In this document: positions 22,703 to 32,982 of the stretch, one piece after another
Layout: the number at the start of each line of letters is the position of its first letter
Position numbering within the stretch: position 1 is the stretch's first letter
Source of the DNA: an uncultured Isosphaeraceae bacterium
GTDB taxonomy: Bacteria; Planctomycetota; Planctomycetia; Isosphaerales; Isosphaeraceae
Direction of reading: 5' to 3'
DNA length: 64,000 nt
Assembly: GCA_963832405.1 (NCBI GenBank)
Contig: CAWHUG010000001.1
Coordinates: forward strand, 375,021-439,020
Made by a program: the position numbers and the translations under genes
The notes under the pieces: generated by a model
What the model saw: only the letters and a program-made list of their open reading frames with translations
Told to the model about the DNA's origin: nothing
The model's database searches: none

Positions 22703-24061
22703 TTACAACACCAGGGATTCAAGGGCGCTTTGATACGATTCCGTCAATCCGTCAATCTCCGCCTTCGTCCGTTTCTCGGTGACGGCGACCAGGATACCGT
22801 CGGCCAGATCGGGATACCACGAGCCAAGCGCAATGCCGCCGTGGAAACCAAGCTCGCCGACCGCCTTGAGAACGGCCCGCGGATCGTGCGCCGAGCGGAT
22901 GACGAACTCCTTGAAGAACGGCCCGGGGAAGGCGAGCGAAAGGCCCGGTACGGCCGCCAGACGCTCGGCCGCGAAGTGGGCTTTCCGCGTGCTCGACTCG
23001 GCAACCTGCCGCAGGCCCGATGGACCCAGCAAGGCCAGGTAAATGCTCGCGCGCAAGGCGAGCAGGCCCTGGTTGGTGCAGATATTCGAGGTCGCCTTGT
23101 CGCGGCGGATGTGCTGCTCGCGAGTCTGGAGCGTCAGCACCCAGCACCGCCGGCCGCGCCGGTCCACCGTCTGGCCGACGAGCCGGCCGGGCATCTTGCG
23201 CACGAACGCCTCACGACAGGCCATGATCCCCAGGTAGGGCCCGCCGTAGGACAGGGGATTGCCGAGCGATTGGCCTTCGGCGACCACGATGTCCGCGCCG
23301 TAATCGCCCGGCCGCTTCAAAAGTCCCAGGCTGATCGGATCGACGCTGACGATCGCCAGCGCCCGGCGCGCGTGCGCCGCCGCGACCAGCGCCGCGACAT
23401 CTTCAAGCTGGCCGAAAACATTCGGCTGCTGGAGGACCAAGGCCGCCGTGCGTTCGTCGAGTGCGGGGGCCAGTCGTTCCGGGTCAACCCGGCCGTTGAC
23501 GGCAGGGACCGTGACGAGCTCAACCGCCAGGTTCGCCAGATACGTCCGGAGGATTCGGCGCGATTCCGGGTGGACGGAACCGGCCACCACGACGCGCCCG
23601 GACCGGCCGGTCGCGGCCAGGGCCATCAGCACCGCCTCGGCGACGGCGGAGCCGCCGTCGTAGAGACTGGCGTTGGAGACATCCAGGCCGGTGAGCTGGG
23701 TGATGAGCGTCTGGTACTCGAAGATCGCCTGGAGCGTTCCCTGGCTGGCCTCAGCCTGATAGGGCGTGTACGCCGTGTAGAACTCGCCGCGCGCGGCGAG
23801 CTGATCGACGGCCGCCGGGATGAAATGGTCGTACGCTCCCCCTCCCAGGAAGCAGACCCGCGCCTCGGCACCCTGGTTCCGCGCCGCCAGGGCCTGGACG
23901 TGCTGCGTGAGCTCGAGCTCGGAGAGGGCTGGCGGGATCGCCAGCGGACGCTGGAGGCGAAACTCGGCCGGGATCGCGTCGAACAGACCATCGAGCGACT
24001 CCAGCCCCAGCGCCGCGAGCATGGTCCGCACGTCGTCCGGCGTGTTCAGAATGTAGGCCAT
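22703..24061 (-). CDS. gcvPA: Glycine dehydrogenase (decarboxylating) subunit 1
   Basis: GcvPA blocks 'FLGGGAYDHFIPAAV' and 'YTPYQAEASQGTLQAIFEYQT'. Confidence 0.9.
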   Translation of the reverse strand: MAYILNTPDDVRTMLAALGLESLDGLFDAIPAEFRLQRPLAIPPALSELELTQHVQALAARNQGAEARVCFLGGGAYDHFIPAAVDQLAARGEFYTAYTPYQAEASQGTLQAIFEYQTLITQLTGLDVSNASLYDGGSAVAEAVLMALAATGRSGRVVVAGSVHPESRRILRTYLANLAVELVTVPAVNGRVDPERLAPALDERTAALVLQQPNVFGQLEDVAALVAAAHARRALAIVSVDPISLGLLKRPGDYGADIVVAEGQSLGNPLSYGGPYLGIMACREAFVRKMPGRLVGQTVDRRGRRCWVLTLQTREQHIRRDKATSNICTNQGLLALRASIYLALLGPSGLRQVAESSTRKAHFAAERLAAVPGLSLAFPGPFFKEFVIRSAHDPRAVLKAVGELGFHGGIALGSWYPDLADGILVAVTEKRTKAEIDGLTESYQSALESLVL

Positions 24062-24097
24062 GAATCTTCCTGTGCCAGGGAGCGGGCGCGATCGCGA

Positions 24098-24502
24098 TCA
24101 GTGGGGCGATTCCGCGATCTTCGCCTGGTAGGTGCTCTCGTCCATCAGATCGGCGACGGCCGCTTCGGGATCGGCCAGGCGGACCTTGACGAGCCAGCCT
24201 TTTTCGTACGGATCTTCAGCCAGGAGCTGGACGTTCTGCGTGAGGGCATCATTGACCGCGACGACCTCGCCCGAGACGGGCGCGTACAGATCGGCGACCG
24301 CCTTGACGCTCTCGATCTCGCCGAACGGCTTGCCCGCCTCCAGCTTGGCGCCGACGCCGGCCCGCCCCAGGTCGATCAGGATCAGGTCGGTGAGCTGGTC
24401 CACCGCGAAGCGCGAGACGCCGATCGTCGCCACATCGCCATCGACGTGGACCCATTCATGGCTTTCGCTGTACTTCAAGGCCTTGGGATCGATCATGGGC
24501 AC
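24098..24502 (-). CDS. gcvH: Glycine cleavage system H protein (lipoyl carrier)
   Basis: 'ESVKAVADLYAPVSGEVV' lipoyl-lysine context and 'YSESHEWV'. Confidence 0.9.
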   Translation of the reverse strand: MPMIDPKALKYSESHEWVHVDGDVATIGVSRFAVDQLTDLILIDLGRAGVGAKLEAGKPFGEIESVKAVADLYAPVSGEVVAVNDALTQNVQLLAEDPYEKGWLVKVRLADPEAAVADLMDESTYQAKIAESPH

Positions 24503-24517
24503 AGTCCTCGAATCCGG

Positions 24518-25649
24518 TCAGGGTTTGGCTCGATGGTAAAACGGCAACAGAACGACTGTGGCGGGCACGGCATAACCGCGCACGTCCACAGTCAACCGAG
24601 CGCCAGGAGCGGCCAGTGCGGGCTCCACGTACGCCATGGCCAGGCTGCGGTCCAAGGTCGGGGAGTAGGTTCCGGACGTGACGAGGCCGACGGACCTTCC
24701 CTCATGCCGCACGGCCTGATCCTGGCGGGCGATCCGCTTGCCTTCAAGAGCCAGGCCGATTCGTTTCCGATCGGTTGTTTTTTCCAGAGCCCGGAGCGCC
24801 TCGCGGCCGACGAATTCGCCCTTGTCCAGCTTCACGAAGCGTCCCAGCCCGGCCTCGAAGGGGTTGATGGTCTCGGACAGTTCGTGGCCGTACAGCGGCA
24901 TGGCGGCCTCGAACCGCAGGGTGTCGCGCGCTCCCAATCCGCAGGGACGGATGCCGAACTCGCGGCCGGCCGCCAAGAGGGCCTCCCAGAGTCGGGAAGC
25001 ATCCCCGCCGGGGACGATCAGTTCAAAACCGTCTTCGCCCGTATATCCGGTACGACTCACGGTCACATCGGCGGCGCTGACGTCATCCCGGGCGGCGCCG
25101 GAGGCCTCATGGTAGAACTTGAGACGGGCTAGCGGCGGGCCGTTCTCGATCCGGGCGACGACCTTCTGAACCGTCGCCAGCGCCTGTGGACCTTGCACGG
25201 CCAGCATGGCCGTGGAGGTGGTCTGGTCACCCAGAGCGGCGGCGCGAGCGCCGCGCAAGCGGTCCAGCTGAGCGATGACCTTGGCTCGATTCGAGGCGTT
25301 GCAGACGATGCCATAAAGACCCGACGGATGCCGCGAGACCAGCAGGTCGTCGAGGATGCCGCCTCGCTCATCGACCATCAGGCTGTACTGGACCTGGCCG
25401 GTGCGCGAGCTGCGCGACATCGTTGGTGGTGGCCTGGTTCAGCCAGGTGAGGGCGTCCGGCCCTTGAAAAAGAATGCGCCCCATGTGGCTGATGTCGAAC
25501 AGGCCAACGCCATTGCGGACGGCCTGGTGTTCCTCGGTGATGCTCGTGTACTGCACGGGCATCGACCAGCCGCCGAATTCGACCAGCCGGCCGCCGTGGT
25601 TCTGGTGCCAGGCAAACAGGGGTGTTCTCAAAGGCTCGGCAGCGGACAT
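24518..25649 (-). CDS. gcvT: Aminomethyltransferase (glycine cleavage T protein); one frameshift near 25400
   Basis: The N-terminus 'PLFAWHQNHGGRLVEFGGWSMPVQY' is in ORF 25368-25763. The remainder is in 24518-25420. Confidence 0.9.
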
Positions 25650-26228
25650 GGTGGATTCCCGTGGGAGACAATCTTCAGAGAGGCTGGATGATTGTAGCTC
25701 AAGAGGCCAAGTGCCGACAACCGGCCAGCGCGATGGCTCCCGGTCCCGCCGAGACCGAGCCACGCGAGAACGAATATCAATGCGTTAAATTAAGTTGAGG
25801 GGTAACATTTTCTGACCTCCTCTTGCTTTTCAGTGATATTCCCGTGGTCGGCCCTCCGGGATGTGCATTCGCGCCCCGTTTGCGGGATTCCCTCCCCCAT
25901 TGGCCCATGCCGGCTCGATGACCGCGCTTTCCTAGAAGCCCGAAGGCGCCGAGGCTCTGGCCGCCCGAGGGGCCAGTGAGTGTATGAGTCGGTCGCGTTC
26001 CCAGGCCGACGCCCGTGCTGGCGCTGCGGGCTGGCGGGGGTACACGCCGCCGCGGGACCAGCTCATTTGTGAAGCGATCGAGTTTGGTTTTCACCGAAGC
26101 TGTTCTTCCACCCGTAGATGAGGCAACCATGAAGCCGACACTCGCAAGTGAGCCGGCCAGGAAGCCCGGCTCGGCAATCTCGTTCCCATCTGGTCCGCGG
26201 CGACAATCGCAAGCGAGGAGACACGCAC

Positions 26229-27249
26229 ATGGTCGCCGCTCCTGGAACGGCTCGACGATCGCACCTTATTGAGTGCCGCGTTCGACCTCGTCGGCCTGAC
26301 GGCGGCGGCGCCGACCCGCTTCTTAGCGCGATCAATGGCGAGGGGATTGGCATCGTCAACATCGACACGGGGGTTTACGGGGCGAACCCGGAGATCGTGC
26401 CGAACCTGGTCTATTTCTACAACGCGGTGACCGGACAGGGCGGCGGCCCGACCACGTCGTTTGACCACAATGGGCACGGCACCCACACCGCGGGGACCGA
26501 GGCGTCGACCAACCCCGACATCGGCGTGGCGACGCACGCGACTTTGATCGGCGTTCACGGCCAGCCCGACCCGGGCGAGTCGGTGCCGCAGAACGTCGAC
26601 CCGGTCGCCGCCGGCCTCCAGTGGGTGATCAACAGCGTCGAGAACGGCAACCCTTACAACATCCGCGTCGTCAACATGTCGCTGGGGGTGCTGGGGACCA
26701 ACTTCAACAGCGTGCCGTCGAGCCCGAACAACGAGGCAGCGCTGATCCAGCACCTGCAGAGCCAGGACGGTGTCACCGTGGTGGTCGCGTCGGGGGCGGT
26801 CACGTTCACGGCGACCGTCAGTCCGGCCACCGCGACGGGGACCGTGACCTTCAAGGAGGGCACGACGACCCTCGGTACCGGCACGCTGTCCGCCGGCCGG
26901 ACCACTTTCTCGATCTCGACGCTGACACAGGGCACGCACACCATCACCGCCGTCTACGGGGGTAATACCACTTACGCGGGCTCGACCTCGGTCAACCTGA
27001 CGCAAACGGTGAAGAAGGCCAGCGCCACGACGCTCATCTCGTCCAAGAACCCCTCCGGCTCCGGTCAGTCGGTGACATTCAACGCCAGGGTCACAACCGG
27101 CGCAGACCGGCACCGTGACGTTCAAGGACGGCACGACGACACTGGGCACGGGCACGCTCACGGCCGCCGGCAAGGCGACGTTCGCGACAAGTGCGCTGGC
27201 AGTCGGCAAACACACGATCACGGCCGTCTACGGCGGCAATACCACTTAG
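26229..27249 (+). CDS. Subtilisin-like serine protease (S8) core with two C-terminal Big/Ig-like repeats; the N-terminus is uncertain and there is a frameshift near 27095
   Basis: 'NIDTGV' and 'HGTHTAGT' catalytic blocks. Tandem 'TGTVTFK(E/D)GTTTLGTGTL...HTITAVYGGNTT' repeats, the second in another frame. Confidence 0.5.
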
Positions 27250-27255
27250 AGGCTG

Positions 27256-27493
27256 ATCCGGAAGAGCCCCGAAGGGGCGGCAGCGCATAGCCAGGGGCGT
27301 CAGCCCCTGGTGGGGAGTGAACGACGCGTCGACGGCGCCCCTCCACAGCCCCGCAGGGGCGACAGAAAGCGAAGCGGCGCCACGGCTTCCGTCGCCCCTG
27401 CGGGGCTGCGGAGGCGAATGGCGCGGTCGCGGTCCCGTTTCCAGGGGCTGACGCCCCTGGCTACACGCGGCCGCCCCTTCGGGGCTAAAACCA
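27256..27493. repeat. Palindromic MITE-like element, family A (compact copy)
   Basis: GCCCCGAAGGGGC / AGCCAGGGGCGTCAGCCCCTGG termini mirrored at the other end, with an internal GGGGCGACAG...CTGTCGCCCC palindrome. Confidence 0.85.
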
Positions 27494-27931
27494 GACTTCC
27501 CGGATAGCCTCTTACGCTGGCTCGACATCGGGATCGCTGACCCAGACCATTCAAGCGGCCGGTCGTGTGGTCTCCCAATGCGACGGTCAGCAGCAGGGCG
27601 CCGGTCGCCACCGCGGTTGCCGCCCTGGTTCCGGTCCACCCGGCCACCTCTTCAACTGCAACGGCCGCCGCCGAAGCCGCGCAGGCCGTGGTCCCCAGCG
27701 GCCCGTGGGCGATCACGCTCATGGCGCCGACCGTGCGCCGAGGGCGTTCTCAGCGCGGAGTTGCGACGCCGCCTCGGGCGGCTCGCCCTGACCCAGCCCT
27801 GGTCGGTATGACCGGCGGCGTCATGTTTTTCGGGTGCGGTCGTCGTGAGGTTTGATTAGGATGGACTCCCGCCAACCCGTGCCTCGATTCCAGGGAGCAC
27901 GGGGGCGGGACTCTCCGAACCATCCGCCACG

Positions 27932-29274
27932 ATGGACATACTCGACATTCTGTACATCGCGTCGCTGGTCTTCGCCAACGGGTTTTTCGTGGCCGCCGAG
28001 TTCTCTCTGGTCAAGGTGCGCACGTCGCAGATTGACTTGCTCGCCGAACAGGGCCAGTGGGCGGCCAAGCTCACCAGCAAGGCCCTGGACCACCTCGACG
28101 CCTATTTGTCGGCGTCGCAGTTGGGCATCACCGTGGCCAGCCTGGCGCTGGGGACGGCCATCCATTCCAAGGTTCAGCCGGCGCTGCAGGCCGGGTTCGC
28201 CTGGATCGGCTTGCCGATCCGGCCGGTCGTCGTCGGCACGGTCGCCTTCTCGGTCGTGCCGCTGCTGGCACTGTCACTGGTGACGTTCCTTCACATGGCG
28301 CTGGGGGAGCAGCGCCGAAGAACCTGGCGATCCGCTCGCCGCGCGGGCTGGCGCTGATCACGGCGCCGGTGCTGGTGGTTTTTTACTATCTGTTCTGGCC
28401 GGTGATCTGGCTCTTGAACACGGCCAGCAACCTGACCCTGTACCTGCTCGGGCTGGGTGGTCGAAGACCGGCCGAGTTGGTCCACACCGAGGAAGAGCTG
28501 CGGCACATCCTGGGCGAAAGCGTCGCGGGCGGCGCCTTGTCCCGAAACGAGCGGGTGATGATCGAAAACGTCCTGAACCTGGAGGAAAAAACGGCCCGGC
28601 GGGTGATGGTGCCGCGTCCCGACATCGTGTATCTCAGCCTGGCCCGCTCGCTGGAGGACAACTTGCGGCTGGTGCGGCAGGCCAGCCACACCCGTTACCC
28701 GCTCTGCGAGGACGACCTGACGACCGTCCTGGGGATGATCCACGTCAAGGATCTGTTCCGCACGGGCACCGCCGCCAACGGCCGGCTCGATCTCCGCAAG
28801 CTGGTCCGCAAAGTGCCGTTCGTGCCCGAGTCCATCCACCTCGACGCTCTCCTGCTCCAGTTCCAGCAGGATCGGGTTCATCTGGCGATGCTGCTGGACG
28901 AGTACGGCGACGTCGTCGGCATGGTCACGCTCGAAAACGTGATCGAGGAGCTGGTCGGACCGATCCAGGATGAGTTTGACCGCGAGACGCCGCAGGTGGT
29001 CGCGCTGGGCAGGGAGGTCTTCGAGGTGGATGCGGCCTGCCCTCTGGACGTACTCGAGGATATGTGCGGCGTCCCGGTGCCCGAAACCGAGGCGGAGACA
29101 GCGGGCGGCCTGATCCTGGACCTTCTGGGACGGTTGGCGCAAATCGGCGACAGCGTCGTTGTGGACGGCCATCGCCTGGTCGTGATCCAAGCCGATCGCA
29201 CCCGCATCCGCCGCGTCCGCGTCGAACCGATCGAGGCCGCGCCGGAACCGACGGATGAGCCGGACGCCGAGTGA
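27932..29274 (+). CDS. CNNM/CorC/HlyC-family transporter (DUF21 + CBS pair + CorC_HlyC); one frameshift near 28310
   Basis: DUF21 'FFVAAEFSLVKVRTSQI'. CBS region 'RRVMVPRPDIV'. C-terminal 'GDSVVVDGHRLVVIQADRTRIRRVRV'. Confidence 0.85.
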
Positions 29275-29284
29275 GCCATTCCCT

Positions 29285-29376
29285 CGATTCCAGATTCCAG
29301 ATTCCAGATGCCCAGATGCCCAATGGCTGATGGCTGATGGCTGATGCCGGAATCTGGAATCTGGCATCTGGAATCG
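29285..29376. repeat. Palindromic element, family B (GATTCCAGATTCCAGATGCC...GGCATCTGGAATCTGGAATC with internal 7-8-nt tandem sub-repeats)
   Basis: Inverted repeat read directly. A larger composite copy lies at 34801-34990. Confidence 0.8.
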
Positions 29377-29386
29377 AGCAGAGTCC

Positions 29387-30630
29387 TCATCGGACGGCCG
29401 TCTGGGCCGATTCGCGAGAGCCGGAGGCGGCGCTCACGACACGGGCGTGCCGATCGTCAGGCTGTCGAGCAGGGTCGTGAGATGCTGGAGGATGCTGCGC
29501 GGTGCGCTGGTAGGTCTGGCGGTCGCAGCCGACGGGATCGGCGATGTCGCCGCCCTCGGCGTGCAGCGGCCGGACGCGCTGGGCGGCCTCGGGACAGACG
29601 TCGAGGATCGCGTCGCGGTGATCGGCGGTCATGGTCAGGATCAGGTCCGCCTGATCGATGAGGTCGGCGGTGAGCCCGCGGCTGCTATGGGATTCGAGCG
29701 CACCGCCCCAGTCGCGGACAACATCCTGGGCGTGGGACGCGGCGGGCATGCCATCGAGCGCGGCCACGCCCGCCGAGAGGACCACGTAGCCGCGCTCCGC
29801 GAGATCCTCGGGCGTGCCGCCGAGCCGTTGCGCCAGGAGGACCTTGCAGAGGGCTTCGGCCATCGCGCTGCGGCAGGTATTGCCCGTACACACGAACAGA
29901 ATCAGCCAGCCGGCGCGGCGAGTCAGTTCCTCGGCGGGGATCGGACCCGGCTGGCGGACCTCCCAGGCATCGCCGTCGAGGCGGACGACCGTCGTCGGGG
30001 ACGCCGCGCAGGATCGGGCCGCCGTCGAGGACCAGGTCCACACCGGTCTGAAGGGCCAGCGCCTCGGCCGTGGCGTCCGCACGGGCCAGGCCGCCGAGCA
30101 AGAGCGGACCGGCGAGCAGGTGCTGGATGTCGAGGACCGTCGGGTGCGCCGGGCATCGCAGACGAATCACCTGGTCGGCCGTGACCAGGCTGCGCACCGG
30201 TTCCGGCAGGCGCACGGCCAGGCTCCGTTCCAGGTTGCCACGGACCCATAACGTCAGCGGGCCGGGCCAGGATCGTCGCGCCAGGGCGCTGCCCCACGAC
30301 CGAAAGGTCGGGAACCCAGTCGGGGGCTTCGGCGGCGCCTTTGACCAGGAGCACCAGGTCGCGGCGTTGCCCCTCGTCCTGGAGCGTCTCCAACCGGGCG
30401 ACCGCATCGGGGCGCAGGCCGCTCGCCACGAATGCGTAGGAGACCTCCGTCGGCAAGGCGACCACCCCTCCCTGTGCCAGGCAGGCTACGGCGCGGTGGA
30501 TCACGTCACGGGGATCGTCGGCCCGCGCCAGATCAATCCGTTCCGGCCTCGGGCCGACCGAATCGCTCACGGGAAGGTCTCCGAGATTCCCATTCCTCAG
30601 TTCTCTTAGTTCTTCCCGGCGCCACCCCAC
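29387..30630 (-). CDS. L-threonylcarbamoyladenylate synthase (YrdC/Sua5 domain) fused to a low-molecular-weight protein-tyrosine phosphatase; at least 2 frameshifts
   Basis: YrdC 'GGVVALPTEVSYAFVASG' and 'TVVRLDGDAWEVRQPGPIPAEEL'. LMW-PTP P-loop 'ILFVCTGNTCRSAMAE' and 'DIADPVG'. Confidence 0.7.
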
Positions 30631-30681
30631 TGTACGACCCGCGCACCGCTACGGTCAACCTCCCGCCCGGGAGGTCTTTCC

Positions 30682-30747
30682 GTAGGGTGGGCTTGGCCCA
30701 CCATCCGGGCCCAGACGCCGAAGATGGTGGGCCAAGCCCACCCTACA
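30682..30747. repeat. Family C palindromic element
   Basis: CGTAGGGTGGGCTTGGCCCACC...GGTGGGCCAAGCCCACCCTAC. Confidence 0.8.
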
Positions 30748-30777
30748 AGAACCCTTTCACCCGTCTCGTACACCTTT

Positions 30778-31065
30778 TCAAAGTAACAGCTTCAGACCGA
30801 CGATGGCCTGGATCAAGTCGTAGATGGCGCGGACCTGCTCGGCGTTCTGAACCGTCAGGTCGAGCGTCAGGGCCACGTGGCGGCCATCCGGCGTGAACCG
30901 CGCCGAGCATTCCACATCGCTGGGGGCGGCCAGGACCTCGCCCACGGCGGCCAGGACCCGGCCTTCGAAATCGTCGGCCACCGTGCCGATGGCTTTGATC
31001 TGATAGGTGCCGGGGAACGAATGCACCGATTCGAGCAGCTCGACGGACGGGCGGTGGTCAGCCAT
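30778..31065 (-). CDS. YbeD/UPF0250 (DUF493) family small protein
   Basis: 'FPGTYQIKAIGTVADDFEGRV' matches the DUF493 core. Confidence 0.7.
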   Translation of the reverse strand: MADHRPSVELLESVHSFPGTYQIKAIGTVADDFEGRVLAAVGEVLAAPSDVECSARFTPDGRHVALTLDLTVQNAEQVRAIYDLIQAIVGLKLLL

Positions 31066-31415
31066 CGCTCGGGACTCCCGGATGGGGCAGGGGGGGTAGG
31101 CGGACCGGCCCGCTGATCCATTTCTCATTGTAAGGAGCAGTCGCGGGGGCGAGGCAAGGGCCGCTCCGTGGGACGACGAATTTCCATCCCGGCGGCAAAC
31201 TCGACCGGACCGGACGCCTCCGGTGGTAGAATAAACCTTGTTGAGTGCCGAACATCCTCTCAATCCGGACCAGGCGCGGTCATGTCGGCAAGCGCGAGGG
31301 CCGGAGGTGCTCCCATCGAGGTTGCCTATCCATGCAAGCCTTGCCAGGTCGAGACCGGGGCGATCGCGGCCCATGGGGCCGGGCTCTGCCCTTCGGCGCG
31401 GGGGCCGCGGTCGTC

Positions 31416-32982
31416 ATGGCGGTGGCCGCCTTGATCGTCGTCTTCGCGTCCTACAACGCCTGCCGTATCGAGGTGCCGACCGGCTTTCAGGCCGTCCTGA
31501 TCCATCGCACCGGAACGGACCTGCCTGCGGTGGCCGTCATCGCGCCCCCGGCCAAGAACGGCGGGTTCTCCAAGGGCATCCAGCCGGGGGTCCTGACCGA
31601 GGGACGCTACTTCTACAACCCGTTCTACTGGGACTGGGAGATCTACGAACAAAAAGAGATCCCCGTCGGCAAGATCGGCGTGCGCATCAGCCTGGCGGGC
31701 GAGGACTTGCCGCCCGGGGAGATCCTCGCCAAGGTGGGCCAGAAAGGCATCCTGGAGGAGGTCCTCAAGCCCGGCCGGTATCCCTACAACCCGTACGCCG
31801 AGGCGATCGTGCTGCACGATCCGGTGACGATCCCGGCCGGTTTCCAGGGCGTGGTCACACTGCTGGCCGGCAAGCCTCCCAAGGACCCCAACGTCTTCCT
31901 GGTCGGTCCCGGCGAGCGCGGGGTGCAGAAACAGACCCTGATGCCCGGCACGTACTTCCTGAATCCCTACGAGACGCGGGTCAGCCTCGTCGATTGCCGG
32001 TCGAAGCGGTTCAACCTCGGCGAGGGGAACCCGATGGATTTCCTCTCGGCCGACGGCTTCCCCATCACCCTCGACGGCGCCGTCGAGTTCCGGGTGATGC
32101 CCGACCAGGTCGCCGAGGTCTTCGTCAAGTACAACGAAGATGACAACGGCGACGCGATCGACGAGGAGATCATCACCAAGATCATCACCCCCGAGAGCCG
32201 CTCGCTCTGCCGGATCGGCGGCTCGAAGCTCACCGGCGGCGAGTTCATCAGCGGCGACGATCGCGAGAAGTTCCAGAGCAACTTCGACAAGAGCCTCAAG
32301 GCCAACTGCAAGAAGCAGGGGATCGAGATCCTGGCCGTCGCCATCACCTCGATCCGCCCCCCCGAGGCGATCGCCGGCCCGGTCCGCGATCGTGAGGTCG
32401 CCAAGCAACAGCTCCAGGAATACGAGCAGGAGAAGCTCCAGCAAGTCTCCGAGGCCAAGCTGCAGGTCCAGGAGATCCTGGCCGAGCAGAAGAAGTCGAT
32501 GGTCGAGGCCGATCAGGGGGTGATCGAGAAGACGACCAAGGCGCAGCAGGAACAGGCGGTCGCCATGACCCTGGCCGAGCAGAAAAACGGTCGCCAAGAT
32601 CGGCCTGGAGGCCGCCAAGGACAAGGCGTCGGCCATCATCGCCAAGGCCAAGGCCGAGCGCCGATGTGATCCGCGCCAAGAACAAGGCCGAGCTGGCCGG
32701 CCTCGCCGCCCGCGTCGCGGCCTTCGACGGCGACGGTGCGAGCCTGGCCCAGAACGTCATGATCGGCAAGCTCGCCCCCGCCTTCCGGACGATCCTGTCG
32801 AACTCGGAAGGCCCGCTGATGGAACTCTTCAGCCAGTTCAGCAAGCCGACATCCGCGTCATCGAGCACCCGCGCCGCGCGCCGGGCTTCGCCGCCGAGCC
32901 GTCCGAGAACCCAAACCCAGCGTCGCCCAAACGTACCGATGACACGGCCGCGAAGGACGCGACGACGGAGGCCAAGCCATGA
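31416..32982 (+). CDS. SPFH (band-7/flotillin-like) membrane protein, paralogue 1; at least 2 frameshifts; its TGA stop overlaps the next ATG
   Basis: N-terminal TM, SPFH blocks and a long Glu/Lys/Ala coiled-coil 'EYEQEKLQQVSEAKLQVQEILAEQKK'. The C-terminus is recovered in another frame ending 'TEAKP'. Confidence 0.75.

Noticed and set aside
25650-25800. Expected glycine riboswitch in the gcvT leader
   Set aside because: The 130-nt leader has an AT-rich promoter-like tract (25750-25800) but none of the conserved glycine-aptamer blocks (GGAGAG...CACCGAAGGGGCAA...CTCAGGCAA) on either strand.
26091-27221. 376-aa minus-strand ORF opposite the subtilase gene
   Set aside because: It is the antisense of the Thr/Gly-rich Ig-like repeats. 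It has a low-complexity Val/Pro/Ala translation without motifs.
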